Part shown: one piece after another, positions 49,101-57,400 of the stretch
How the letters are laid out: each line of letters opens with the position of its first letter
Position numbering within the stretch: the first letter of the stretch is position 1
From: Candidatus Multivoradales bacterium
Lineage (GTDB): Bacteria; Acidobacteriota; Thermoanaerobaculia; Multivoradales; J023
Assembly (NCBI GenBank): GCA_965248925.1
Contig: CBDFLE010000004.1
Location: forward strand, 96,001-160,000
Length of the DNA stretch: 64,000 nt
Direction: 5' to 3'
The notes under the pieces: model-generated
Told to the model about the DNA's origin: nothing
Database searches by the model: none
What the model saw: the letters and a program-made list of their open reading frames with translations, nothing else
Translations under genes and position numbers: made by a program

Positions 49101-51377
49101 GGCATCGATCCAGCTCGCTACAGCGGTGGCGGAAGCCACGGCGGGTTGGGTCTGAAGAGTCCTCATGACTCCGGTTCCGTTGGCGAGATTTACGACAGTG
49201 TCTACGCGCCAATCTACGGTGGCGGTGGCGGCGGTCGCAATGGTTCCTACAATCCCGGCGGCAACGGTGGCGGAGTTCTCCTTGTCGAGGTGGACACGGT
49301 GGTGCTCGATGGCTTGATCACCGCCCGTGGTGAAGGGCGCGATGCTCTGACTTTCTCCAACTATCGCTGGGCCAGTGCTGGTGCCGGCGGCGCAGTGTGG
49401 ATTCGCGCCACGACGCTCAGCGGCAGCGGCTCGATCGATGTCTCGGGTGGCGACTATCGGGCTAGCGATCAATATGGCGGCGGCATCGGTGCGGGTGGCC
49501 GAGTGGCTCTCGAAGTCGCTGATCTGGCGACCTTCGACCTCTCGTCGGTGATGGCCGCCGGGGGCCTGTATTACCGCACCGACGGCACCATCGCTGGGGC
49601 GGCCGAGCCAGGCACCATCTATGTGGCTGACGCCGCGTCGACCTTTGGCGACTTACGGATCCCAACGCCGCCCAGCGGCTGGCCGCAGACACTGGAACTG
49701 CCGCTGTTGGGCAGTGGCACGGTGCTCGCCACCGAGGTCGCAGCAGCGGATCTGTGGGTCGCTGCTGACGCCTCCTTGGCCGCCCGTTGGCGGGGCGCTT
49801 GGATGGAACTCAGCGATCCTGCTGGAATCCTCGATACCTACAGAGTCATTGCTCTCGACAGTGCTGGCCGCGCGCTCTTGCAGGATGCCGCGACAGTTGC
49901 CGCGGCAACTAGCTATCGAGGTGAATATCGCTTCGACAATCTGCACCTGGGCACTGGTTTGCTAAGCGTTGACGAGTTGCTGGCGACTGCGAGCCTCGAG
50001 ATCACTGGCGAGGCTGAGATCAACTTCGATTTCGTCGGCGACGATGTCACCGTTCGTGCGGGTGCGGTGCTGCGCCCGTCGCCGGGCAGAGCGTTGCATC
50101 TATCGCTCACCGGTGCCCTGACCGTAGAGACAGGCGCGACGATCGACCTCGATGGCGCCGGGTACACGGGTGGCGGGACGGTCTACGACGGTGCAGCGCC
50201 GCCGGCTATCGAGCCGGCTCACCTCCGCGCCGGGGGCAGCCATGGTGGGCTGGGTCTGAAGAGCGACGGTAGCGCCTTGGTGGGTGAGATCTACGACAGT
50301 GTCTACGCGCCGAGCTACGGTGGCGGTGGCGGTGGAAGCTACTACAGCAGCAATCCTGGCGGCAGTGGCGGTGGCTCGTTCTATGTCGAGGCCACCACGG
50401 TAGTGCTCGACGGACTGATCACCGCCCGTGGGCAGGGGCGCGACAGCCAGGCTTCCTCCAGCCAGCGCTACGCAGGTGCTGGCGCCGGCGGCGCGGTGTG
50501 GATACGCGCCGCGACCCTCGGTGGCAGCGGTTCGATCGACGTGACGGGTGGCGACTATCGGGCGTACGATCAATACGATGGCGGCCTGGGTGGTGGCGGT
50601 CGGGCGGCGCTCGAGGTCGATGATCTGTCCGGCTTCGACCTGACGGCGGTGACGGCGGCGGAAGGCCTGCGCTACCGCGCCGACGGCAGCGTCGACGCGG
50701 CTGCCGAGCCAGGTACGATCTATGTCACTGACGCGGCATCGACCTATGGTGACCTGCACTTCTCGGTGTCGCCGAGCGGCCTGTCTCCGGTCGTTACCCT
50801 GCCGAGCCTTGGCAGCGGCGGGATTGTCACCATCGAGGTCGAGGGCGGCGACCTCTGGGTGAGTGGCACGGCCCCCTTCCGGGGCCGGTGGCTGGGCGCT
50901 TGGATGGCACTGCAGGACTCGGCCGCGGTCGAGCTCGGTACATTTCGCGTGCTGGAGATCGATCTGGCGGGACGGCTGCTGCTGGGCGGTGGCGGCACGG
51001 TCGGCGGCGTCGCCACTTATCGTGGCGAGTATCGCTTCGACGCCATCGTGATCACCGGCGGCGGCAGTTGGGCGGCTACGGATCCGGTGGTGATTGGCGG
51101 CGGCATTGCAGCGTTGGTGCCGCTCGGCTTGCGGCGTCCAGGGCCGGTACCGCCACTGCTGCCCGACGAGGTTTTGGCCGCGAGGTTGCCGGCGCTGTTG
51201 CTGAGCCCTCTTCGGGGTTTTGCCGAGGATTCGCCACAGCACTTGACGGTGGTGCTTGCCAAGCACCGTTCGCGGCGCCGAGTCGCCGAGATGGTAGCCC
51301 CTGCCGAGACCGAGACCTCTGCCAAAGTCGTGATCCTCGCCGCTTCCCAGACCCTTTCCGGGCCAGCCCTGCGCTGA
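37194..51377 (+). CDS. Giant (4727 aa) secreted protein: unique N-terminal region, carboxypeptidase-regulatory-like beta-sandwich repeats, Big_5-like Ig domains, five Gly-rich modules
   Basis: Uninterrupted 14.2-kb ORF with a signal-peptide-like N-terminus. Repeated G.V.G.V...DG..PV.GA.V.L...TD..G.F.F units, two P..GA..VP....I..FSEP domains, and five GGSHGG-type modules. Confidence 0.92.
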   Translation: MIFSRSCSLSFLSSTVGWRRAIGFVVLQLTLAHGALGQPLGSGELQLAGTRLSVAPAAQTVPFDTPTVVETALDGYDLSLGTLPPDWRVVGDLSGPEIGGVLTLETVPGEPFRIPRLRHEGEYRLSAIRLLEGDRLLAFAEPREVTIRSTQILISRVSSRALTLDELRGFGVVFDDDSFQAFNLTFGFGVDGAVVNYDIPVVVNLYGPGEVAFIPRAGQWAASGGARFVPPQLVPFSFALEQQAEPEPPAGGCLVFDCRVGEPAPPMVGVILFPTDVRLLNQFFTVVLMVQNGAPEADLLRVRDLSARIVLPAGLRQAETQPPTPLGVPVPVRVPGPDGELGTADDITFMVAQATGEAEFLVEGLREGSHVVEFQLEGLLEGLPGGLRRITGSARGAVVVRDPSLGVTISHPEVVRDGEPYPLRLTVANTGNVPVNLLSLELPLSGLSGVELVSSNVETIEELSPGDSATVEFQLIARRTGKVVSSALRSGGAINPRFDLTVGVGEDGIPLSPDTLIMPASTEQLPAELVRSALGLLGLGYSLATAPPQALAGSLPQVSRQSITSRVYSLTQAGRHVALGEELFDALAVLAAEWNGARDQDWDWDLLRRSTARGGETGVQIGAALAAEATLSSPLGMFERFAAATHFLPPQHAVLGIGAGVSVQIESPLSGHVSSRLGGDPQRRREVPFADIFGLGGAEMALLSAPEDTGYRVRLTASASTLADLHLLTRGIDRVLRVRRWTGFNLPPASVAWATLGGAGDALLRIDDDGDGEADRLLPATDSSLAPRPFEVVAAVQNEVVDPSGHVVDVLLSADLDARSLLPRDAARFELSGKVSNGGALPGEQDYGSWLASDQVIENPFAGLHNPRIVRVVFDNPLSPLVDNPLTVRDLLSAVGQPLAEQQRLVETRVTTAGIVVEGTVIGPDGQPVPFAEVSLYERDTPSFALNACQRHRTAAVRADAAGQFRFDYVRDTCGGDFDLVAEDSSGIHRGKVRGKVRFAGATQRLDIVMMGRGRLEGRITYDDGTVPSGLTLVAENAVFGEGRLAHMDPDGSYEVGELVVGTVSVTASDEEGNVVFATIELPHAGSVVELDLTLLRRPEEPRGEVRGTVTAVDGTTPFADAWVALYIGGELIGVERSSADGSFDFGIVPTGVAHIEAFHGGNSESGGQLYFEILADQINSVQIVLRDDRGTVEGHVYRQSLGGLTPVVGAVVWISGSQHNTVTDSTGYYRLDNVFGGSWNVVAADVEAAESTTKSVSVSGTGETFVADLYFTDELPNGGIRGEVLSYDGSPVLGARVHLAGGYESQRWHHEAITDSDGRFLIADLDPGTYGVHAVRGADGRLGFAEIRFQGDAPFITLRFAKGTIRGRTLATNDDGELIGVSSTVVYRTTVTQVGLVGVAFVPSTLVSDAEGWFELPAALIGPYNITVHNAFYGSQAVDGTLVIAGDERFHEIIFEPNGAIRGVVFDIDGETPVAGVTVRLRGGQFQDYDLQTDATGRFAFELVPPGFYWLEAEFQSGAIFRRQRVGARLSRFGEELDIELVLPQQGSVVGRVEDSNGLPVTGAIVTLQEGSFPSRRLVLNTDGAGQLRFDNIFAGHLSLSAQAPSLGGLGGRVTVEITAEGEEVEAVIMLQDTGEISGYLLSPVGGSVVAGAQVSLYSGYSFVDSVTSDGDGAFRFRLLPLKTYHLRALDPASGRHGQSGDLPLTSNGQLIESELTLEGRGVVNGHLFDDLHQIFVAGATVKLSSDAVVRFDTYSSTDIDGRFEFGGIPEGIFRLNSLEPDGFRHAVGAGEIEYEDQIVTVDLVLQPIGVIHGTVLAPPGAPPGLATAVNTRLEQWVQLGFGGPSDIVVDATIANPFTLDGVLTDRFFKVLVDEIGGVRRALLYTRMPTDSTELEVELQLEAAGSVEVSVVDSSGSVNGADVLLSIYTDLKSYDDFSRTGNTGADHQITFDNIRQGWVEARATHPVTGLKGSAWVRLDLDGAVVPLIVQLEPSGSIVGRVLAVDGATPVAGAIIALGQDLAAYTAADGTFLLDALSLDSYDLTVQDSEGSGRARREVQLNADGQQVDLGDLVLDAADPQVLSVTPASGARDVPRTVVLEVEFSEPMDGPRSQSAFVLTTLSGGNRALTVAWSADGQRALLTPYSQLTNDTGFHFQVRNTAVDLAGRTIPNAIQTTFFSQDDVLPVVIELLPADGAVEVPVDSQISIEFSEPVVLESLSGSALQLVDETTGGGVTTTFLLREGERQVLLQPTVDLLSDHRYRLTVQGVMDNSGNTLQGTVSTTFWTPDTTPPAITWLEPAANAAVSSGDALEVRAEITDLRGVASVTFTLGEWSSSFTAPPYEWSLFVPPVFGAEVLEIVAEATDVFGNITSSLRTLQVTPQINGQAPQLDLACLVEGDFVAPGLEVPFALTVTDDLSIESYSFFVDGQQVERRTPIDLPEVSGTFLWTPPAAAVAGDLFQLRFTARDYAGNVTAEEFSVQVPAGQILTGTQIVDASWNGVDLVLAAGEMTVTGTVEPASLKILHGAQLSHADSCVYSSWLATLGPWPSGDTRVQCGAVVNLCRLQGENLWLGPGAQAELHTLKAAAVAEIRPRAEVSADWVGSDQLRQYGELATVQVIVPNISLRPGSVTRAKSSTLYLVGLTTFEVDGGARIDGTGAGYRGDEINGGPGTVAGMRPAGRQVGGSHGGYSSYGERLELGEIYGSVYNPWQAGAAGGSAQGTGDGEPGGAVVWLLADQLRLDGELLANGASHAEYGYGTGGAGGSINIQANLLAGSGRIEAAGGEGYRPSCWHLDFLQISGGGGGGRVALHVADQSAFDALTQVSVAGGQRRCLGVVESIAGPGSLYINDAQSTYGTLYAAGGDPASVDLRSGPNTGLPQLVAGSVTATEVSGADLWVTAEQPLLGRWFGAWMVLFDAAGNELGTFNVLSMDWAGRGLLSGAAAVANQAASYAGEYLFDAVHVLPGAALEVLPSQLGRRSLAVVGDLEVAATARLDVSARGFGGDLGDPRMAPDFVAGSEPDAGGSHGGGGLAASQSGPSGEVFDSVYWPKFSGGGGAIDQGSRSAAGGAVLWLQAGRLILDGTLRANGEGAEFGVREFGGGAGGTVRVVAGELLGAGGIDVVGGGTTWSGLGGGGRVALELGAASSFDPLSQIDLSGGIPGSSLSHPAAAPGTAYVFGAGSVYGDLYVLGGARTTLLEVTPPALGRGEVALVEAAGADLWIEPRTTDPLPALGVDGMWLRIAGVDYRVVEQSADRRRLRLTAAAGLVTVGESYAGIYKFDNLILRGGATVRFYDEVEIGQIDAESGSEVIFADLEPPTFGVVTPAEGALYSGGDPISVTAEVSDNRLLTRVTATFAGLSYALDAAPFAWTLNAPPVQQQTVMTLEIEAEDGEGNLALVTRHLTIEPTADPSAPQVLPAGCPAAGDWVLPGATLSVIFDATDDQQILAYGFSVDGVRQAWVENVYQDQVRAELSWTVPATAVAGDSFVVTFEAEDLGGHQQTASVTVSVPAVPYLAGDQDLDSSAGGALVLSQGLFTATEPLAVDSLRLLAGARLSVAAEETLDLQVLGAVRVQCDAVFDLGGRGYQGGAAANGWVAGAPSWVERSWGHSGGSHGGSGEVVASTTITELFDSVYAPTLPGGGASHVNGYIHGGHGGGVLHLDAGEVILDGLISVAGEDRDPVSFSNHGRSGTGAGGSVWIRSLSLSGAGSIDAAGGHYLNATAYYGGVGGGGRVALEVDDVSGFDLQAVDVGGGLRTDTGGEVTWVGDPGTFFLRDASSIYGELLASRTLPGFEQRLVLPTLAGDLVSATEVVAGDLWITAPQPLRPRWLGAWMELFDGASESLGVFQVVDIDAAQRVRLQGAAAAQLAAAFEGRYRFDAITLDVDLRSAEPLEVTQVEVIGDVVLDSSELRGASLAVRSGATLRTIQGKPLQLQLSGSLIVEAGATIDLDGTGYLGGVASPDGAVPAGIDPARYSGGGSHGGLGLKSPHDSGSVGEIYDSVYAPIYGGGGGGRNGSYNPGGNGGGVLLVEVDTVVLDGLITARGEGRDALTFSNYRWASAGAGGAVWIRATTLSGSGSIDVSGGDYRASDQYGGGIGAGGRVALEVADLATFDLSSVMAAGGLYYRTDGTIAGAAEPGTIYVADAASTFGDLRIPTPPSGWPQTLELPLLGSGTVLATEVAAADLWVAADASLAARWRGAWMELSDPAGILDTYRVIALDSAGRALLQDAATVAAATSYRGEYRFDNLHLGTGLLSVDELLATASLEITGEAEINFDFVGDDVTVRAGAVLRPSPGRALHLSLTGALTVETGATIDLDGAGYTGGGTVYDGAAPPAIEPAHLRAGGSHGGLGLKSDGSALVGEIYDSVYAPSYGGGGGGSYYSSNPGGSGGGSFYVEATTVVLDGLITARGQGRDSQASSSQRYAGAGAGGAVWIRAATLGGSGSIDVTGGDYRAYDQYDGGLGGGGRAALEVDDLSGFDLTAVTAAEGLRYRADGSVDAAAEPGTIYVTDAASTYGDLHFSVSPSGLSPVVTLPSLGSGGIVTIEVEGGDLWVSGTAPFRGRWLGAWMALQDSAAVELGTFRVLEIDLAGRLLLGGGGTVGGVATYRGEYRFDAIVITGGGSWAATDPVVIGGGIAALVPLGLRRPGPVPPLLPDEVLAARLPALLLSPLRGFAEDSPQHLTVVLAKHRSRRRVAEMVAPAETETSAKVVILAASQTLSGPALR
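45140..51045 (+). repeat. Five ~300-aa Gly-rich modules inside the giant protein
   Basis: Modules start near 45150, 46180, 47930, 49040 and 50140. Each has GGSHGG, GE(I/V)(Y/F)(D/G)SVYxP-like, GxGGxVxI, GGRVALx and terminal Y(R/K/L)FD motifs. Copies 4 and 5 are visibly similar at DNA level. Confidence 0.85.
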
Positions 51378-51411
51378 CCCTTGTTGGCGACTCATAATGA
51401 AGGAATTCCCC

Positions 51412-54400
51412 ATGTCGAAACAGCTCTTGCTGCGCTTTCTCCTCATCCTCCAGGTCTTTCTCGGGGTTCTTCTACTGTCGGCGAGCGCCGCTCAGGCGGC
51501 GCCGGTCTTTGTCTCGGTAACCCCCGTCGACGGCACTCTGTCGAGCGCCGCGTCGGTGACTCTGACGGTCGAGGTGCAGGGCGCGATTAGCTTGCAAGTG
51601 GATGGCCAAGCGGTCACCACGGTTGATCCCTCGGGGACGGTGTGGACCGCCGGTCCTTACTCGTTGAGCGAGGGGGAGCGGGTGTTGGTGTTGATCGCCG
51701 AGGACGCTTCTGGGGTGCAGGCTCAGCAGCTGCACCGGGTGGTGCGGGACTCGCTGCCGCCGGTGCTGAGCTTGAGCCAGCCGGCGGCGGGGGCGATCGT
51801 TGCCAGCTCGCCGCTCATCGTGGTCGGCACGGCGGTGGATGCGCATCTGGCGGCGGTGCGGGTGGGGGGCCAGGTGGCGGCTCTCAGTGGTGCGAGTTTT
51901 TCGCACTCTCTGGTCTTGGTGGAGGGCGAGCAGACGTTCACCGTGGAGGCGAGCGACAGCCTGGGGCAGAGCGGGCAGCAGAGTGTGACGGTGACTCTCG
52001 ATAGCCAGCCGCCGACGGTGGCGCTGTTGGAAGGAGCTCAGCCGTTGGCGGCGGATGCGCTGTTCAATCGCTCGGTGGTGCTGAGCTTCAGCGTCACGGA
52101 TGCGACGGCTACGACGGTCGAAGCGCTGCTCGACGGCGCTTCATTCACCTCCGGCACGACGGTGAGCGCGGCGGGTTCGCATGTGCTTTCAGTGACCGCC
52201 ACGGACGCGGCTGGCCAGCCGACTAGCGTCAGCCGGAGCTTTGAGATCGACCTGACGGCGCCGACTTTTCTCAGCTTCACGCCGAGCGATGGCACCCTCT
52301 TGGCAGACTCGCAGGTGACCCTCAGCGGGGTGGTGGAGGGTGCGGCCGCGCTGAGTGTCGAGGGACAGGCGGCGAGCCTGGTGGGGCAGTCGTGGACGGC
52401 CGGGGCATTGCAGCTGATCGAGGGGGAGCGGGAGATTTCTATCGTCGCTACTGATCTGGCGGGCAATAGCGCCTCGTTCACCTTGCATTTGGAGCGCGAC
52501 GCGAGGGCGCCGCAGCTGATCGGCCTGGTGCCCAGTGTGGACACGGTTCTGGCGACCTCGCCGGTGGCCGTAAGCGGTACCGCCAGTGATGCCCACTTGC
52601 TGGAGGTGCGGGTGGGGGGCGAGCTGGCGAGCTTGACCGGCTCGCAGTTCAGCCACCCGGCGGTGGCGCTGGTGGAGGGTGAGAATCTCCTGCCGATCGT
52701 GGCCACGGATCAGGTGGGCCATCAGGCGACGGCCGAGCTGCGGCTGGTGCTCGACACCCAAGCACCGACGCTGTCGCTGCTGGTGGCGGGAGTGCCGCTG
52801 CAGGGTGGGGCGGTGTTCGCCGGCCCGGTGACGCCTGAGATCTCGGCCAGCGACGCCACCGAGGTGGTGACGTCGGCGACTCTCGACGGCGCCACCTACC
52901 TGCCGGGGACGGTGATTGATGGCGATGGCTTGCATCAGCTGTCGGTGAGCGCCAGCGACGCGGCGGGCCATCAGGCGACGGTGCTGGTGAGCTTCAGCCT
53001 CGACCTGGCGGCGCCGGTGTTCGCGGATCTGGCGCCGGTGGCTGGCAGTGTGGACAGCGCTGCTCAGGTGACGCTGACCGGCCGCGCGCCGGGGGCGGTG
53101 TCGGTGTCGGTGGACGGGCAAGCGGCGACGCTGGCGGGGGATGGCTTTAGCGCCGGTCCCTTCAATTTGAGCGAGGGGGAGCGGGTGTTCTTGCTCGCCG
53201 CCACCGATAGCGGCGGCAACGTCACCCAGCTGACCCACCACCTGACTCGCGATTCGACGGCGCCGCAGCTCACTCTCGGCCAGCCGGCGGCCGGAGCCCT
53301 GCTGGGGAGTACCTCGGTCGATGTCAGCGGCACGGCGAGTGATCCGCGTCTCGATCAGGTGACGGTCAATGGGGTGCTGGCCGAGCTCAGTGGCGGCGCT
53401 TTCCTGGCCCGTCAGGTGCCGCTTACTGAAGGTGACAATGTGCTCACCGTGGTGGCGGCGGACACGGTGGGCAACGAGGTCCAAACGACCCGCTCGGTGA
53501 CCGTTGATACGACGCCGCCGACGGTCGTCATCACCGACCCGGCCAGCGGCACGATCACCCCCGAGGCGGGGCTGACCCTGTCGGGCAGCGCCGCGGATCC
53601 TCATCTCGACCGGGTCGAGGTGGCGGGGGTGGGGGCGAGCCTGGTGGGTGAGCAATGGTCGTTGGCGGTGGATCTGCAAGAGGGCAGTAACACTTTCACC
53701 GTCGAAGCCTTCGACCCGCTCGGCCACAGCACCAGCGCCAGCGTCACGGTGACTCGCGACAGCTCGGCGCCTGAGATCCACATCGAGAGCCCGGCCGAGG
53801 GGCTTTACAGCCCAGCAGCGAATCTCACGGTCAGCGGCACGGTGGTCGCGGAGCCCGATTTGACAGTGACGGTGGGCGGCGTGGCGGCGACGATTGCGGG
53901 CAGCAGCTGGAGCGCCGCCGCGGTGCCGCTAGTAGAGGGTGAGAACCGGCTGATCGCAAGGGTGACCGACGCCCTGGGCAACCAAGGCACTCACACGCGG
54001 GTGGTGTGGCGCGACAACCAAGCGCCGGAGTTTCTATCGTCGATCCCCGCCGCGGGGGCTCTCGAGCTGCCGGCCGGCAGCAGCTTCCGGCTGCGCTTCA
54101 GCGAGCCGTTGGCGGCGCCCAGCGGGGGCGCCTACAGCCTCAGCACCTTGGCCGGGCAAGCCCTGGCGAGCAGCGCCGAGATCGATGGCGACGACTTGGT
54201 GATCACCCCGCAGGCAGCACTGCCGTCGGCCACCGAGCTGCGCCTGGTGCTAGGGGCGGGGCTGGTCGATCGGGCGGGCAATGCTCTAGCGGCGGCTCAT
54301 ACTCTGGCTTTCACCGTGGTCGATGGCGGCGCGCCAGCGGCGCCGCAGCTCGACGCCTACGCTAGCTATCTCTGTGCGCCGGCTACCACCCTTGCCGGCG

Positions 54401-57400
54401 GTGCCGAGCCTGGTGCTTGGATCGAGGTAGATGGCGGGGCCTCAGTAGGAGCGGGGCAGGTGGCAGACGATGGCCGTTTCGCCATCAGCGTCGTGCTGCT
54501 GCCCGAGGGGCCGAATCACCTGACGGTGATCGCCGTCGACGCCGCGGGCAACCCCTCGCCCGCGACGAGCGCCGATATCGTCCACGATTGCACCGCGCCG
54601 GAAGTGCTGGGTGCCAGCCGGGAGGCGGCGGGATTCCGCATCGCCCTCAGCGAGACGGTCGACCCTCTGAGCTTGAGCGGCTCGGTGCGGGTGTACGACG
54701 GCGGGATGGAAATCGCCGGCACAGAGAGTGCGACTGCCAGCGAGCTGATCTGGACCGCCAGCGGAGCGTTGCCAGCAGTCGCTCTGCTGGTCGAAGTCGA
54801 GGGAGCTTTGGCGGACCTGGCCGGCAACCCGTTGGCTTTCCCCTACCGGCAACTCTTCGATATAGCCCTGGGCGGTAGCTTCTTCTCTGGCACCGCTATC
54901 GACGACGCCTCCGGCCGGCCGCTGGGCGGGGTGCGGGCGGTGGTGACGGCGAGCGATGGGGTGGCCCTGGCCGAGCCCTGGCCGGAGCAGACCAGCGGCG
55001 AGGACGGTCGCCTGGTGATCGCTCTGCCCGCCGGCACTCACGACGTGACCTTTGCCCGGCCGGGCTACACGCCGGTGTTTCGGGTGGTGACGACGGTCGA
55101 CGGCCAAGGCACGGACGTTTTCGACCCTCGCCTGACGCCGGCCGCGGCAGCGGTGTCGATAGATGCATCGGGCGGCTTGGTGGAGGGCTCTTCAGAAGTC
55201 GGCACGGCGCCGCGTCTCACCCTCCCGACCGCCGGCCTGGCGTCGGCTACGGCGGTGCGCCTGACGGCGGTGGGCGGCCAGGGGCTGGCCGCCTTGCTGC
55301 CCTACGGCTGGGCACCGCGGGGTGCCGTCTGGGTGGATCTCTCAGCCGCGAATCTAGCTGCCTCGGCGACCCTCGATCTGCCGGTGACCTCGGCCGACGG
55401 GACGGTGCTGGAGGCGGTAACTCTCGATCTCGCCACCCTGCAATGGCGTTCGCTGGGGGTGGTGACGGTGAGCGGCGGCGAGGTCACGATGACCGTCGAC
55501 GGCGAAGGAGCCTGGGCGGCGGTGGAAGCCGACTCGGGAGCTTTGGCGCCGCCCCCGGCGGTCGCTGGCCAGATGCTGGGCTCCTCGGCCGCGCCGCCGT
55601 CCGGCGGGGTGACTAGCGCCAGCCTGAGCTTCGATCCCGAGGTGGTCTTGCCGACGCAGCGCAGCTGGGTACAGGTGCTCTACGGGCTGGCGGCGGAGGT
55701 GCCGAGCGGGGTGCCGCTGACTTTGTCGATCGAGGAGCGGCTGGAGCTACTCGATGGCAGCGTGCGGCGGATCAGTCCCTACAGCGCCGATCTGGTGCTC
55801 TACCGCGATTCGCTGGGCGATCCGACCTCGAGGTTCCGCCTGCGGCCTTCGGCCGCGGCGCGCAGCCTGCCGGTGCGGCTAGGTGCCGAGCAAGTCAGCG
55901 TGCGGTCCTACGGTGATGAGACGGTGCGCGGCAACGTGCTCGGCCCCGACGGCGGCGTGGTGTCGAGTGCCGAGGGTGATCAGGTGGTGCTGCCGGCAGC
56001 AGCTCTCGAGGAGCCCACGGCGGTGACTCTGAGTCGCCGGACAGTGGCCGATCTGCCGCTGGCTCCACCCGCTGGTGGCACGGTCGACGGCGTCTTGGAG
56101 CTGGACCTTGCCGGCCGCCGGCTGTTGCTGCCGGCTGAGCTGTCGTGGTCGCTGACCCCGGCACCGGCTGCTGGCACGCCGGGTTTGTTGCTAGGGGTGG
56201 TGGAAGTGGAAGGCGAGCCGCGCTATCGGGCGATTGCCGAGCTGGAAGCCACCGCCACTGGCTGGACGACGAAGGTGATCGACACTGCCGACCTGGCCTG
56301 GCCGGGGGTGCTGGAGGGCGGTTTGTACGTTTTCTTGCGCCTCGATGCGGTACCGCGCTTTGTGCGGGGCATGGTGCTTGACCCAGGAGGTGCTCCGGTC
56401 GTGGGCGCGGTGGTCGAGTCGACGACGGTGCCTTGGCTCCAGATCTCAGCCGCCGAGGGTGGCTACGTGCTGCCGATTCTGCTGGATGCCGCCACTCTCA
56501 GCGCGCGGCGCGCGGTCACCGGCAACGCGGTGGCGGTGGCGCTGCCGGCCGGGGTTGCGGCGGAGCGGGTCGATCTCGATCTGCCGCTACAGATCGTGGC
56601 GCCGTGGGTCGAGCAGATCACTCCGTCAGCGGGCACCAGCGGAGTGTTGCTCGGCTTCAATCCAGTGGTGCGTTTCAGCGAGCCGGTGGATCGGGCCTCG
56701 CTCGATGGCGCTATCGAGCTGCGCCAGGGGGGCGTGGCGGTGGCGGTGGCACTCGATCACCAGGGCGCCCTGGTCACCCTGCTACCGCAGGCGACGCTGG
56801 TGCCTGGCAGTGAGTACGAGGTCTGGGTGGGGGCGGCGGTGCGTGACTTGCAGGGCTATGGGCTGAGCGGCTCGGTGAGCGTGCTGTTTAGCACCGAGGT
56901 GGTGGCGACGCCGGCCGGGGTCGATCGCGGGCGGATCTTCCTGGTCGAGCCCGATGCCCAGGGGCTGGCGCGAGTGGAGGGCCTGGCGGGGGCGGCGCCG
57001 GCCGGCACGCTGGTCTTCGTTGAAAATCTGACATCGTTCTCGACCACCGAGTCTGTACAAAGCGCGGGTGACGGTAGCTTCCTGCTGACGATCGGCGCCA
57101 GCCTCGAGGATCAGCTGCTGCTGCATGTGCTGATCGATGGGGGTAACGAGGTAGTGATCCTGCTGACTCCGTTCCTGGGCGCCGACCTGCGCACCGGCCT
57201 GGCGGGGACGGGGGCGGGGGAGTTTACGACCGCCGATGGAATCACCGTGCGTTACGCGGCTGGCACCTTCGCCGGGCCGTCCAGGGTGCAGGTGACGCCG
57301 ATCGCCATGGGCACGCTGGCGGCGGCAGAAGACTTCAGCGAGCTGCTGACCTTCCGGCTGGAGATCGACGGCGCGCAGCCGCTGAAGCCGCTGGAAGTGA

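Noticed and set aside
49000-50800. Near-duplicate DNA segments as CRISPR or DGR repeats
   Set aside because: They are in-frame domain duplications with mostly synonymous differences and no repeat-spacer periodicity.
37418-51446. Long antisense ORFs within the 4727-aa gene (e.g. 40470-41549, 44409-45575, 50100-51446)
   Set aside because: Codon-bias shadows with no recognisable motifs.
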